This document shows positions 30,259 to 39,692 of a stretch of DNA of 64,000 bases, piece after piece. Position 1 is the first letter of the stretch; each line of letters opens with the position of its first letter. The stretch is from Planctomycetota bacterium (GTDB lineage Bacteria > Planctomycetota > UBA1135 > UBA2386), in assembly GCA_041398565.1 (NCBI GenBank), contig JAWKUN010000003.1, forward strand, positions 848,529 to 912,528. Direction: 5' to 3'. The notes under the pieces are model-generated. The model was given only the letters and a program-made list of their open reading frames with translations. It ran no database searches and was not told the DNA's origin. The position numbers and the translations under genes are program-made.

Positions 30259-31002
30259 GTGACCGAGCACGCCACGGCTGCGCATCCGCGGGTATCGCTC
30301 GTCGTCCCCATGCACGACGAGGAGGACAACGTCGTCCCCTTGCTCGAGGAGGTCGAGGTGGCCCTGGCCTCGGTGGCGCCGTTCGAGGTGCTGATGGTCG
30401 ACGATTGCAGCAAGGACGACACCCTCGAGCGCCTGCGCGCCTTCAAGGCGGCCGGATCGCGTCCTTGGCTGCGCATCGTGCGCCTGCGCCGCCAAGTGGG
30501 GCAGAGCGGCGCCGTGCTGGCCGGCGTCGAGCAGGCGCGGTCGCACCTCGTGGCCACCCTCGACGGCGACCGTCAGAACGATCCGCTCGACGTGCCGAGG
30601 CTCCTGGCCCTCGTTGAGAGTGGGCAGTGCGACGGCGCGACCGGAGTGCGGGTCAGGCGTCAGGACACCTGGGTGCGCAAGGTCAGCTCGCGCATCGGCA
30701 ACCGCGTCCGCAACTGGATCACCGGCGACCGGGTCACCGACGCCGCCTGCGGCGTGAAGGTCCTGCCGCGCGCCGTGTTCCTCAAGGCGCCGCGCTTCAA
30801 CGGCATGCACCGCTTCATGCCCACGCTGATGCGCTACCTGGGCCTGCGCATCCTCGAGGTGCCGGTGAACCACCGCGCCCGCGCCGCGGGTCGCGCCAAG
30901 TACGGCATCGGCAACCGGGCGCTGCGGGGTCTGCGCGACTGTTTCGCCGTGCGCTGGTACCGCCAGCGCGTCGTCGATCCCAGCGTCGAGGCCGAATGGT
31001 AG
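30259..31002 (+). CDS. family 2 glycosyltransferase, polyprenyl-phosphate sugar synthase type (ArnC/DPM1-like)
   Basis: VSLVVPMHDEEDN...VLMVDDCSKDDT...TLDGDRQNDP contains the DxD-type motifs. The start is GTG at 30259. Confidence 0.8.
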   Translation: MTEHATAAHPRVSLVVPMHDEEDNVVPLLEEVEVALASVAPFEVLMVDDCSKDDTLERLRAFKAAGSRPWLRIVRLRRQVGQSGAVLAGVEQARSHLVATLDGDRQNDPLDVPRLLALVESGQCDGATGVRVRRQDTWVRKVSSRIGNRVRNWITGDRVTDAACGVKVLPRAVFLKAPRFNGMHRFMPTLMRYLGLRILEVPVNHRARAAGRAKYGIGNRALRGLRDCFAVRWYRQRVVDPSVEAEW

Positions 31003-32525
31003 CGCTGGTCTACCTGGCCATCGCCTGCGTCGTGTTCGCGCCCGGCGTGCTCAGTCCTTCCGACTGGGTGGGCACCGAGGCGCGGCGGCTGCAGATCGCG
31101 GTCGAGATGGTGCAGAGTGGCGATTGGCTGGTGCCGACCCTCGGCCACGAACCGACGCTGTCGAAGCCACCGCTCTTCTACTGGGTCACCGCGCTCCTGC
31201 ACGGCTGGCTGCCGGGCCACGACTGGCTCCTGCGCACGCCCGGCCCGGCGATGATGTGGGTCACCGCCTGCCTGGCGCACTTCCTGGTGCGTCGATCGCA
31301 CGGCAAGGGCGCGGCATGGTGTGCCGGGCTCGGCGCGCTGCTGGCGCCGATCGTCGTCGCCACGGTGCCCCGCGCCGAGATCGATCCGTTGTTCGCCGGG
31401 CTCACTTCGGTGTCGATCCTGCTGATGGCCTACGGCGCCGCCTTCGGCCAGCGGGCCACCTCGGCGCTCGGCGGCCTCGTGGGGGGGATGGCGATCCTGG
31501 TGAAGGGCCCACCCTTCGCCATGTTCCTCGTGGGCACCGCAGCAGTCTGGTTGCGGCGGCGCCGCGGCCGCGGCTTGCCGGTGGCGCTGCTCGCCATGGC
31601 GGTGCCGCCGACCGCGTACTACCTGGCACTGACCCAGCGCCTGCAGGTCGGCACGTTGGTCGACGTGGCCACCAACGAGAGCGTGGCGCGCATGGCGTTG
31701 TTCACCTGGGGGCACGTCCTCGACACGCCGATGCACTTCGTGCGCGCGTTCGCGGCGACGCTGCCGTTCGGGCTGCTGCTGTTCTTCGAGTACCGCGGGG
31801 CGCGGCGTGCCGAACCCGACGACGCCGAAGCCTTCGTGCGCATGCTGGCGGCGGCGTTCTTCTCGTCGGTGCTGGTGCTGGCGGTGTTCCCAGCGCGGCC
31901 CATGCGCTACCTGCTGCCGGCGGTGCCGCTCTTCTTCGTGGCCGTCAGCCCGTCGGTGGCGGCATTCGCCCGCCAACCGTGGCTGACGCCAGGCATCCGC
32001 GCGAGCCTGCGGGCGCTGGCGCTGCTGGGTGCCGCGGGCCTGTGCGCCTCGCCCTGGTTGCCCGCTCCGATGGGCTGGCAGACCGCGCTGGGGTTCCTCG
32101 CGCTGGCCGTGCTGCCCCAGATCGCCACCGACGGTCGCCGGGCGGTGGCGACGCTGCTCGTGTTACCGGTGGTGGCGGCGTGGACCTTCCTGGCGCCGTT
32201 CGCCGACTACCGCACGGCGGCGCGCGAGCCCTTCCGTGCCGCCGGCGCCGTGCTGCGTCGCGCGGTCGACGAGGCCGGAGCGAACGACTTGGCGACGCTG
32301 CTGCACGTGCACTCGGCCGTGCTCCTGCACGCGGGGTTGCTGCCGCCCGGCGACGAGCTGGCGCGTCGCGACCCGACCGCGCCGTGGCTGCTGATGGAAG
32401 AAGGGGCGGGACCGACCGGCGAATGGTCGCACGTGGCCAGGGCCGAGCTGCCGCCGCCGGCCTACGTGCCGCGCGTTCGCCTGCAGCTGCCGCGTGTCGC
32501 GCTGCTGCTCATGGAGCGCAGGTGA
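30996..32525 (+). CDS. ArnT-like (GT83/GT39) polytopic glycosyltransferase
   Basis: EPTLSKPPLFYWV is the signature periplasmic loop. There are about 11 TM segments. The ATG at 30996 overlaps the upstream stop (31000-31002). Confidence 0.75.
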   Translation: MVALVYLAIACVVFAPGVLSPSDWVGTEARRLQIAVEMVQSGDWLVPTLGHEPTLSKPPLFYWVTALLHGWLPGHDWLLRTPGPAMMWVTACLAHFLVRRSHGKGAAWCAGLGALLAPIVVATVPRAEIDPLFAGLTSVSILLMAYGAAFGQRATSALGGLVGGMAILVKGPPFAMFLVGTAAVWLRRRRGRGLPVALLAMAVPPTAYYLALTQRLQVGTLVDVATNESVARMALFTWGHVLDTPMHFVRAFAATLPFGLLLFFEYRGARRAEPDDAEAFVRMLAAAFFSSVLVLAVFPARPMRYLLPAVPLFFVAVSPSVAAFARQPWLTPGIRASLRALALLGAAGLCASPWLPAPMGWQTALGFLALAVLPQIATDGRRAVATLLVLPVVAAWTFLAPFADYRTAAREPFRAAGAVLRRAVDEAGANDLATLLHVHSAVLLHAGLLPPGDELARRDPTAPWLLMEEGAGPTGEWSHVARAELPPPAYVPRVRLQLPRVALLLMERR

Positions 32526-33532
32526 CACGGGCCGCCGACGTCGTGGTCGTGCGCATGTCGGCGATGGGCGACGTGGTCCACAGTCTGGGGGCCATCGAGG
32601 CTCTGGCCAGGGCGCGCCCGGGTTGGCGCGTACACGTGGCCGTGCAGGAGGAAATCGCTCCGCTGCTCTGCGGGCTCGATCACATCGCCTCGGTGGTCAC
32701 TCACCGGCGGCGGCCGGCGGTCGTCGGCATGCTGCGCTCGCGTCGGCTGCTGCGACGCCTGCGCTGCGACCTTGCGCTCGACCTGCAGGGCAACTGGAAG
32801 AGTGCGCTGGCCGTGCGCCTGTCGGGGGCGCGGCGCCGCGTGGGGATCGCGCCGCCCTGGCGACGCGAGCCCGGCAGCGCGCGCCTGCTCACCGAACTGG
32901 TGCCGGCGACGCAGGAGGCAGCGCATCCGCGCCGGCTGGCACTCGACGTCGTCCGTCACGTTGCCCCCGACGCGCCGGACCTTCTGCCGCGGCTCGTGAG
33001 CACCGAGGCCGAGCTGGCACGCGAGGCCGCGGCGTTGCAAGCGCTCGGCATCGACGCCGAACTGCCCTTCCTCGTGCTCGTGCTCGGTCCGCCGCGCGAC
33101 AACCGCAGCTGGCCAGCCGGGTCCGCGGCGCTCGAGGCGGCAGCGTGCCCGTGGCCGGCGCTCGTGCTGCTCGGTCCGGCCGAGCCGTCGGGCATGCAGG
33201 TGCCCCCGGGCGTGCCGTTGCTGCGGCACGGCGTCGGCGAACTGCGCCGCCTGGTGGCGCTCGGTGGACTGGTGGCGCGCGCCGGCGGCCGGGTCGTCGG
33301 GCCCGACCAGGGACCGACGCACGTGCTCGCTGCGACCGGGGCCGAGGTGACGGCGCTGTACGGGGCGCAGGATCCCGACTGCACCGCCTCGTCTGCAGTC
33401 CGCGTCTTGGTGCGCCGCGACCGCCCGTCGTGCGTTCCCTGCCGCCGCCGGGTCTGCGATCATGCCGAGGGTCCGGTGTGCATGCAGTTCCAAGTCGCCA
33501 CCGGTGAACCCCCATCGCCTCCGCTGGCATGA
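32522..33532 (+). CDS. family 9 glycosyltransferase (heptosyltransferase-like)
   Basis: [33 protein letters not shown] is the typical GT9 N-terminus. The GTG at 32522 overlaps the upstream TGA as GTGA. Confidence 0.75.
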   Translation: MTRAADVVVVRMSAMGDVVHSLGAIEALARARPGWRVHVAVQEEIAPLLCGLDHIASVVTHRRRPAVVGMLRSRRLLRRLRCDLALDLQGNWKSALAVRLSGARRRVGIAPPWRREPGSARLLTELVPATQEAAHPRRLALDVVRHVAPDAPDLLPRLVSTEAELAREAAALQALGIDAELPFLVLVLGPPRDNRSWPAGSAALEAAACPWPALVLLGPAEPSGMQVPPGVPLLRHGVGELRRLVALGGLVARAGGRVVGPDQGPTHVLAATGAEVTALYGAQDPDCTASSAVRVLVRRDRPSCVPCRRRVCDHAEGPVCMQFQVATGEPPSPPLA

Positions 33533-33879
33533 CCTCGCTCGAAGTCTTCCCCAATCCCAACCCCGAGCGCGACTACGAGATCGTCATCCGTGCGCCGGAG
33601 TTCACGTGTCTGTGCCCCAAGACCGGGCAGCCGGACTTCGCGACGATCGTCATCCGCTACGTGCCCGACCGTCTCTGCGTCGAGCTCAAGGCGCTGAAGC
33701 TGTACCTGGTGTCCTACCGCAACGAGGGTGCGTTCCACGAGGCGGTCACCAACCGCATTCTCGACGACCTGCGCCGGGCGCTGGCGCCGCGCTGGCTTCG
33801 GGTCAGCGGGCGCTTCCGCGTGCGCGGTGGCATCCGCACCACGGTCATCGCCGCCCACGGCACCCGCTCTGCGCCCTGA
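33529..33879 (+). CDS. queF: NADPH-dependent 7-cyano-7-deazaguanine (preQ0) reductase, unimodular type
   Basis: [20 protein letters not shown] contains the catalytic Cys, and ELKALKLYL is the QueF motif. It overlaps the GT9 gene as ATGA. Confidence 0.9.
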   Translation: MTSLEVFPNPNPERDYEIVIRAPEFTCLCPKTGQPDFATIVIRYVPDRLCVELKALKLYLVSYRNEGAFHEAVTNRILDDLRRALAPRWLRVSGRFRVRGGIRTTVIAAHGTRSAP

Positions 33880-33897
33880 TCGCTGGTTCGTTGCCTG

Positions 33898-33913
33898 GGG
33901 CGCGTCGGCGCCC
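33898..33913 (+). terminator. short GC hairpin about 18 nt after the queF stop (GGGCGC-GTCG-GCGCCC)
   Basis: 6-bp perfect stem with a 4-nt loop and no U-tract. This is weak evidence in a genome this G+C-rich. Confidence 0.25.
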
Positions 33914-34041
33914 TCGGGGCCTCCGGGGCCTCGTAGGACAGGCCTCGGGCGGGGCCGCCTCCCGCTGGCACGCGCCGACCTGCTAATCTCACGCGCGCCG
34001 CCGGTCACCTGCCACCCGGAACCTCCTGCCGAAAACCCCCA

Positions 34042-35028
34042 ATGGCGTCTCTGCACCGAATCGCGCTCCTGGGCGCGCTCCCCCTCTCCCTCGTACTCAC
34101 GCGCACGCTCTGGTCGTACGGCACCGGCGCACTCGCGGGCGAGACCGGCATCCTCGGCCAGGTGCCTCTCGACGTGACCCGCGCCATGCCCGGCTGCGGC
34201 GCCTGCCACCGCGCCAATCCCGGCGGCAACCAGTTGAACGTCGACGTGGCCCTGAGCGCGCGCTCGCTGACGCCGGGACAGTCGATCACAGTGACGACCT
34301 CGGCCACCGGCGGGCGCCCGCATCCGCTCAACTGGGGCGGGTTCTCCTGCGACGCCGACGTCGGCGCGTTCAGTGCCGGCACCGGCACGCGGGTCGGGCT
34401 CGGCGGCCTGGGAATCACCCACGTCACCGCGTTCGCCTCGCCCAACCGCACTTGGACCTACGGCTACACCGCTCCGGCCACGCCGGGACCGGTGAACATG
34501 TGGGCCAACGTCAACACCGTCGACGGCGACGGCCAGGCGACCGCGGCCGACCTGTGGGCGTTCCATGGCGGCGATGGGCTCGAGCAGACGCCGACGCCGG
34601 TGCGCATGTTCGTCAACGCGGTCGACGTGCTGCCCGTGGGCGACTCGTGTGTCGGCAGTTGGGAGAACTATCCGGTGCTCGGTGCCCGCCAGCAGCCGCG
34701 CGCGGGCAACTCCACGTTCACCGTCGAGGTGGTCGGTGCGACCCCGTCGTCGACCTTCGTGCTGTTGATCGGCACGCCGTTGCCGCCGCTCGATCTTACG
34801 CCGATCGGCGTCACCGGTTGCACCCTGCACGTCAACTCGGTGGCCTCGGTGGTGGTGGGAACGTCCGGCGGCGTCGCCAAGTACGCGGACGGGACCGCGA
34901 CGGTGCCGCTGCCGATCCCCAACAACGCGCGCGGCACCTTGCGCCTGCAAGGCGCGTTCGTCGACCCGACCAACGGCCGGCCGCTGCCGCTGACGGTCAC
35001 CAATGCGCTCGACGCGGTGATCCGGTAG
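34042..35028 (+). CDS. secreted protein with a CGACH (CxxCH) motif and the shared C-terminal module
   Basis: The N-terminus is hydrophobic (IALLGALPLSLVL) and is followed by MPGCGACHRANPGG. The beta-rich body resembles Reeler/DOMON-like folds, though this is a recollection and not verified. The C-terminal 100 aa align with 42302..43867. Confidence 0.6.
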   Translation: MASLHRIALLGALPLSLVLTRTLWSYGTGALAGETGILGQVPLDVTRAMPGCGACHRANPGGNQLNVDVALSARSLTPGQSITVTTSATGGRPHPLNWGGFSCDADVGAFSAGTGTRVGLGGLGITHVTAFASPNRTWTYGYTAPATPGPVNMWANVNTVDGDGQATAADLWAFHGGDGLEQTPTPVRMFVNAVDVLPVGDSCVGSWENYPVLGARQQPRAGNSTFTVEVVGATPSSTFVLLIGTPLPPLDLTPIGVTGCTLHVNSVASVVVGTSGGVAKYADGTATVPLPIPNNARGTLRLQGAFVDPTNGRPLPLTVTNALDAVIR

Positions 35029-35134
35029 GCGCGACCCCGCGGGCCACGCGGCTGCGCACGCTGGCGATGCGCGGGTGCTGGCTGCCGCGTGCTTGCACGT
35101 GGCGCCCCGGACGCCGTGGGCGTAGAAGGGCCGC

Positions 35135-36295
35135 GTGAAGACCAAGCTCGTCCTCGGCCTGACCCTGGCGACGCTGCTGCTGGCGCCGAGCTGGCCGGAG
35201 CCGCCTCTGCGCACCGGCGCCTACGTGCAGGACGTCACCCGTACTTCGGCGAAGATCTGTTGGGTGGGCGATCGTGGCGACGGTGTCGCCCTGGTCGTGA
35301 CGGCGCGCGGCGGTGGCGGCGCTCCCTCGGTCGCCTGGCAAGAGCGAGGCGAGCGCACCGTGGCGTTGGTCACCGGGCTCCTGCCTGCGACCGAATACGA
35401 GTTCGTCGCCAACGAGGGCGAGCGCAGGCACACCGACTTGTCGGGCACGTTCAAGACGCCTCCCGCCACGAGTGACGCGCGGGTGCGCTTCGCCGTGCTC
35501 GGCGATTCCGGTGGGCTGCCACTGTGGGTCAACCTCAGCCGCGCACCGATCGTGCACGCGCTGGCCAGCGTCGACGCGCTGCCCGCGGCCGGACACGTGT
35601 CGACCATCGGGGCCATGCTGGCGGACGCCAAGCCCGAGTTCTGGCTGCACACGGGCGACGTGATCTACCCGCGCGGCGAGCAGCGCCACTACCGGCCGGG
35701 CTTCTTCCTGCCCTTCGCCGAGGCCCTTCGTCACGCGCCCGTGTATCCGGTGATCGGCAACCACGACTGGGAGTGGACCGACGGGCGGCCGCTGCTCGCC
35801 AACTTCGAGCTGCCGGACGTCGGCGACGAGCAGTTCTTCACCTTCGCCTGGGGGCCGGTGCGGGTGGTGGGGCTCAACCTCAACCGGAGCGTCGGCCTCG
35901 ACCCCGGCCTCGCTTTCCTCGACCGTGTCCTGGCCGCTGCCGACGAGCCATGGCGCATCGTGGTCGAACACTTCCCGCCGTGGTCGGCGTCGGACCAGCG
36001 CGACCGGCCCGACCTCATCGAGCGGCTGGTGCCGGCCCTGGTCGCGGCCAAGGTCGACGTGCTCTTCTGCGGCCACGACCACACCTACCAGCGCTACCGC
36101 GCCGAGGGCCCTCTGCACGTCGTCGTCACCGGCGGCGGCGGCAAGAGCCTGTACGAGCTGCGCGAGCACCCGCGCCTGGTGGTGGCGAAGAGTGCCTACC
36201 ACCTGTGCACGGTCGACTGCGGGCCGAAGCAGTTCTCGCTGCGCGCGGTCGGGCTCGACGGCAGCGAGATCGACAGCTTCTCCATCGAGAAGTAG
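35135..36295 (+). CDS. secreted calcineurin-like metallophosphoesterase with an N-terminal purple-acid-phosphatase-type beta domain
   Basis: The signal peptide is MKTKLVLGLTLATLLLAP. The motifs are GDSG, GDVIYPRG, GNHDW and GHDHTYQR. The start is GTG at 35135. Confidence 0.8.
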   Translation: MKTKLVLGLTLATLLLAPSWPEPPLRTGAYVQDVTRTSAKICWVGDRGDGVALVVTARGGGGAPSVAWQERGERTVALVTGLLPATEYEFVANEGERRHTDLSGTFKTPPATSDARVRFAVLGDSGGLPLWVNLSRAPIVHALASVDALPAAGHVSTIGAMLADAKPEFWLHTGDVIYPRGEQRHYRPGFFLPFAEALRHAPVYPVIGNHDWEWTDGRPLLANFELPDVGDEQFFTFAWGPVRVVGLNLNRSVGLDPGLAFLDRVLAAADEPWRIVVEHFPPWSASDQRDRPDLIERLVPALVAAKVDVLFCGHDHTYQRYRAEGPLHVVVTGGGGKSLYELREHPRLVVAKSAYHLCTVDCGPKQFSLRAVGLDGSEIDSFSIEK

Positions 36296-36328
36296 CCGCC
36301 GCGACGATTCGCAGCCCTTGCAGCTCAG
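36296..36328 (-). repeat. 33-nt copy of the head of the 184-bp repeat unit (CTGAGCTGCAAGGGCTGCGAATCGTCGCGGCGG), in inverted orientation
   Basis: Exact match to unit positions 1-33 when read on the minus strand. It contains the hairpin GCTGCGA-ATCG-TCGCGGC. Confidence 0.85.
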
Positions 36329-37701
36329 CGGTCGAGCAGGGCGCGCACCCGTGCCACCGCCTGCCGGACGTCGTCCGTGGTCGTGCGCGCGTTCGCCACG
36401 CACCAACGCAGGACGTAGCGGCCGTCGACGCGCGAGGACGACAGCATGAGGAAGCCGTCGGCGAGCACGGCCTCCATCAAGCGCTGCGTCGCATCCTCGC
36501 CAGCGCGGGAGGCGAAGGTGAACACCGACAGGCGGGGCGGCGTGACCACCTCGAGGCGAGGATCTTCGACGACCAACGCACACGCCAGCCGGGCGCACGC
36601 GAGGTCGCTGCGGATGGCGTTGCGGATCTGCTCGAGTCCGCACGCCCGCAGCAGGAACCACAGCTTCAACGCGCGGTTGCCGCGCGTCAGCTCAGGGCCG
36701 CGAGCGAAGAAGTTCACCTCGGCGTCCGGGATGTCCTGCAGGTACCCCGCCGGCCCGCTGGCGAAGCCGCGCTCGAGATCGGCAACGCGAGCCGTCAGCA
36801 GGCAACCGCTCTCGAATGGCACGTAGAGCCACTTGTGCGGGTCGAGGGTGATCGAGTCGGCGCGTTCGAGCCCGGCGAACGTCGGGCGGTGCTCCGGTAG
36901 CAGCGCCACGGCGCCACCGTAGGCGGCGTCGACGTGGAGCCAGGCACCCACTTGCGCGCACACGTCGGCGATCGCAGCGATCGGGTCGACGCTGCCGGTG
37001 GTCGTCGAGCCGGCGTTGGCGCACACGAAGGCTGGCCACCGTGAGGCAGCTCGGTCGTCGGCGATCGCCTCGGCCAGCGCGGTCGGCGACAAGCGCTGCT
37101 CCGAGTCGGTCGCCAGCGTGCGCACGTGCGTCACTCCGAGGATGCGGGCGGCCTTGGCCATCGAGTGGTGCGTCTCGCTGCTGGTGTAGACGACGGCGTT
37201 CGCGCGTTCCTCGGGTCGGGTGGCCAGGGCCGCGGCGAGCGCGCTCAGGTTCGCCACCGAGCCGCCGCTGGTCAGCACGCCCGTCACGCCCCCTGGCAGC
37301 GCCAGCGCCTGCCGCAGCCAGTCGAGCACCTCGACCTCGAGCTGGGCCATGGCCGCGCCGCCCAGCCAGGTGCCGACGAAGAAGTTGGTGGCGGCGGCCA
37401 CGAACTCGCCCAGCGCGCCGGCGTAGCTGCCCGGGCCGGGGATGTAGGCGAAGAAGCGGGGGTGGTTGGTCTGGGTGCAGCGTGGCACCAGGTGGTCGAA
37501 GAAGCGCTCGAGGCAGGCTTCCATGCCGACCCCCTCCTCCGGCAGCGGTTCGCCCACCGCGGCGTGGAGGTCGGCGGCGGTGTGGCGCTCGCCCACGCGC
37601 AGCTGGCGCTGGCCTTCGAGGTGGGCGGCGATCGCATCGACCGCGGCGTGGCCGAGGCGACGCATGGTCTCCAGGTCGGGAACGAGGGGGAATGGAGGCA
37701 T
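36325..37701 (-). CDS. group II pyridoxal-phosphate-dependent amino-acid decarboxylase
   Basis: [19 protein letters not shown] and [13 protein letters not shown] (the PLP-binding Lys). The start at 37701 (MPPFPLVPD) is preferred over 37890. Confidence 0.85.
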   Translation of the reverse strand: MPPFPLVPDLETMRRLGHAAVDAIAAHLEGQRQLRVGERHTAADLHAAVGEPLPEEGVGMEACLERFFDHLVPRCTQTNHPRFFAYIPGPGSYAGALGEFVAAATNFFVGTWLGGAAMAQLEVEVLDWLRQALALPGGVTGVLTSGGSVANLSALAAALATRPEERANAVVYTSSETHHSMAKAARILGVTHVRTLATDSEQRLSPTALAEAIADDRAASRWPAFVCANAGSTTTGSVDPIAAIADVCAQVGAWLHVDAAYGGAVALLPEHRPTFAGLERADSITLDPHKWLYVPFESGCLLTARVADLERGFASGPAGYLQDIPDAEVNFFARGPELTRGNRALKLWFLLRACGLEQIRNAIRSDLACARLACALVVEDPRLEVVTPPRLSVFTFASRAGEDATQRLMEAVLADGFLMLSSSRVDGRYVLRWCVANARTTTDDVRQAVARVRALLDR

Positions 37702-37889
37702 CGGGCGCGGAGCGTGGCTGGGCCATCCGTGATAGCGCGTGCCGACGTCGCTGCCACCACCTTCCGGCACCGGCGACGCCGGCGCTGTCACTCGCCCCTG
37801 GGCCGGCCATGCCGGCGTTCTCGGTCTTCGTTTGCCGCTGGGCCTGCGCCGTTCTATTGTCCGCCCGCTCCGCCCGCCGTCCCGCCGCA

Positions 37890-38714
37890 ATGACCCAACC
37901 TCGTCGCGCTGTCGCCCTGACCCAGGACGTGCGCTTCGCGCCCGACGTCTTCGTGGTCGTCGCCGGTCCGTGCGCGGTGGAGTCCGAGCCGCAGCTCATG
38001 GCGACCGCCGCGGCGGTGGCTGCCTCGGGCGCGCACGTCTTGCGCGGCGGTGCCTACAAGCCGCGCACGTCGCGGCACTCCTTCCAGGGGCTCGGTCCGG
38101 CCGGTCTCGATCTCCTGCGTCAGGCGTCGATGCGGTCCGGTTTGCCCGTCGTCACCGAAGTGCTCGACCCGCGCGACGTGGAGCTGGTGGCCGAGACGGC
38201 GCACATGCTGCAGGTCGGGTCGCGCAACATGCAGAACTTCGCGTTGCTGCGCGAGGTCGGACGCCAGCGCAAACCGGTTCTGCTCAAGCGGGGTGCGGCC
38301 GCCACCCTCGACGAGTTCCTGAAGGCGGCCGACTACATCGCCGGCGAGGGCAACGAGCGGATCGTGCTCTGCGAGCGTGGCATCCGCTCGTTCGATCCCG
38401 CCGTGCGCAACACCCTCGATCTCGCTGCCATTCCTCTCTTGCAGCAGGCGAGTCCGTTCCCCGTCGTGGTCGATCCCAGCCACGGCACCGGCCGGCGCGA
38501 TCTGGTGGCGCCGATGGTGCTCGCTGCCCTGGCGGCCGGTGCGGACGGGGTGATGGTGGAGGTGCACCCGCAGCCGGACGCGGCCCTGTGCGACGGTCCA
38601 CAGGCGCTGCTTCCGAACGACTTCGCCGAGTTGATGGGGCAGCTCCGTCGCTGGATCCGTTGCAGCGGCCGCCGGCTGCTGACGCCCGAAGACGCCGTAC
38701 CTCGAGACAGCTGA
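37890..38714 (+). CDS. 3-deoxy-7-phosphoheptulonate (DAHP) synthase, type I-beta (KDO8PS-like)
   Basis: [34 protein letters not shown] and VDPSHGTG. Confidence 0.85.
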   Translation: MTQPRRAVALTQDVRFAPDVFVVVAGPCAVESEPQLMATAAAVAASGAHVLRGGAYKPRTSRHSFQGLGPAGLDLLRQASMRSGLPVVTEVLDPRDVELVAETAHMLQVGSRNMQNFALLREVGRQRKPVLLKRGAAATLDEFLKAADYIAGEGNERIVLCERGIRSFDPAVRNTLDLAAIPLLQQASPFPVVVDPSHGTGRRDLVAPMVLAALAAGADGVMVEVHPQPDAALCDGPQALLPNDFAELMGQLRRWIRCSGRRLLTPEDAVPRDS

Positions 38715-39472
38715 TGGACCGAAAACCCTACATCGCGGGCAACTGGAAGATGAATCTCGACCGTGCCCACGCGCTCGACCTCGTCAAGACGATCAAGGGC
38801 CGCCTGGGCGACGGCACCGACAAGGAGGTCGCGGTGTTCTGTCCGGCGGTCTACCTGGCCGATGTGTCGGCCGTGGCGCAGGGATCGCCGCTCGGCATCG
38901 GCGCGCAGAACTTCTTCTACGAGAACGACGGCGCCTACACCGGCGAGACGTCGGCGCGCATGCTGCGCGAGGTGGGCGCCGACCGCGTGCTCATCGGGCA
39001 CTCGGAGCGGCGGCACGTCTTCCGCGAGCTCGACGAGTGGATGGGCAAGAAGATGCAGGCCGCCTTGGCCAACCACCTGCTGCCGGTGCTTTGCATCGGC
39101 GAGACGCTGGACGAGCGCAAGGCGAACCGGACCGACCGCGTGCTGAAGAAGCAGCTCGAGGCCGGCTTCGAATTCGTGCAGCCCGACCAGATGCACCGCG
39201 TCACCGTGGCCTACGAGCCGGTGTGGGCGATCGGCACCGGCGAGGTCGCCTCCATCGACCAGATCGCCGCCGCGCACGCCACGATCCGCAAGTGGATCAA
39301 GAGCAAGCTCGGCGACCAGGCCGCCGAGATCTGCCGCGTCCTCTACGGCGGCAGCGTCAAGCCCGACAACATCAAGGCGATCATGGCGATGCCCGACGTC
39401 GACGGCGTACTGGTGGGCGGTGCCAGCCTGAGGGCGGAGCAGTTCCTGCCCATCATCGAGTACGAGAAGTGA
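38714..39472 (+). CDS. tpiA: triosephosphate isomerase
   Basis: IAGNWKMN, IGHSERR, AYEPVWAIGTG and YGGSV. The ATG overlaps the upstream TGA by 1 nt. Confidence 0.92.
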   Translation: MDRKPYIAGNWKMNLDRAHALDLVKTIKGRLGDGTDKEVAVFCPAVYLADVSAVAQGSPLGIGAQNFFYENDGAYTGETSARMLREVGADRVLIGHSERRHVFRELDEWMGKKMQAALANHLLPVLCIGETLDERKANRTDRVLKKQLEAGFEFVQPDQMHRVTVAYEPVWAIGTGEVASIDQIAAAHATIRKWIKSKLGDQAAEICRVLYGGSVKPDNIKAIMAMPDVDGVLVGGASLRAEQFLPIIEYEK

Positions 39473-39536
39473 AGGCGGCTCGGGTCGCCCCGGCACCCGG
39501 AAGGGCTTCTTCGGTCTCGCGATCGGTGGCATCCGT

Positions 39537-39584
39537 GGGCTGCATGTGCGGCTGCATGTGGGGCTGCATGTGGGGCTGCATGTG
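39537..39584. repeat. 4 x 12-bp tandem direct repeat (G/C)GGCTGCATGTG
   Basis: GGGCTGCATGTG CGGCTGCATGTG GGGCTGCATGTG GGGCTGCATGTG, read directly from the sequence. It is intergenic, about 110 nt upstream of the ECF sigma start. Confidence 0.9.
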
Positions 39585-39692
39585 CCGCGAATCCTCGCTC
39601 CCCGCGCGACTTCGCCCGCGGCGCTCGGCCCGGAGCCGGCTCGCGACGGTCGCGGAGCACGGCCGCGGCCGCTGCGTCTGCGGGCACGAGCC

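Noticed and set aside
33966-33983. TGGCAC upstream of the CxxCH protein gene looked like a sigma-54 -24 element.
   Set aside because: The -12 GC is not at the required spacing. TGGCAC-N5-TTGC would need TTGC at +12, but the sequence has GACC there and the nearest TGC is 2 nt out of register.
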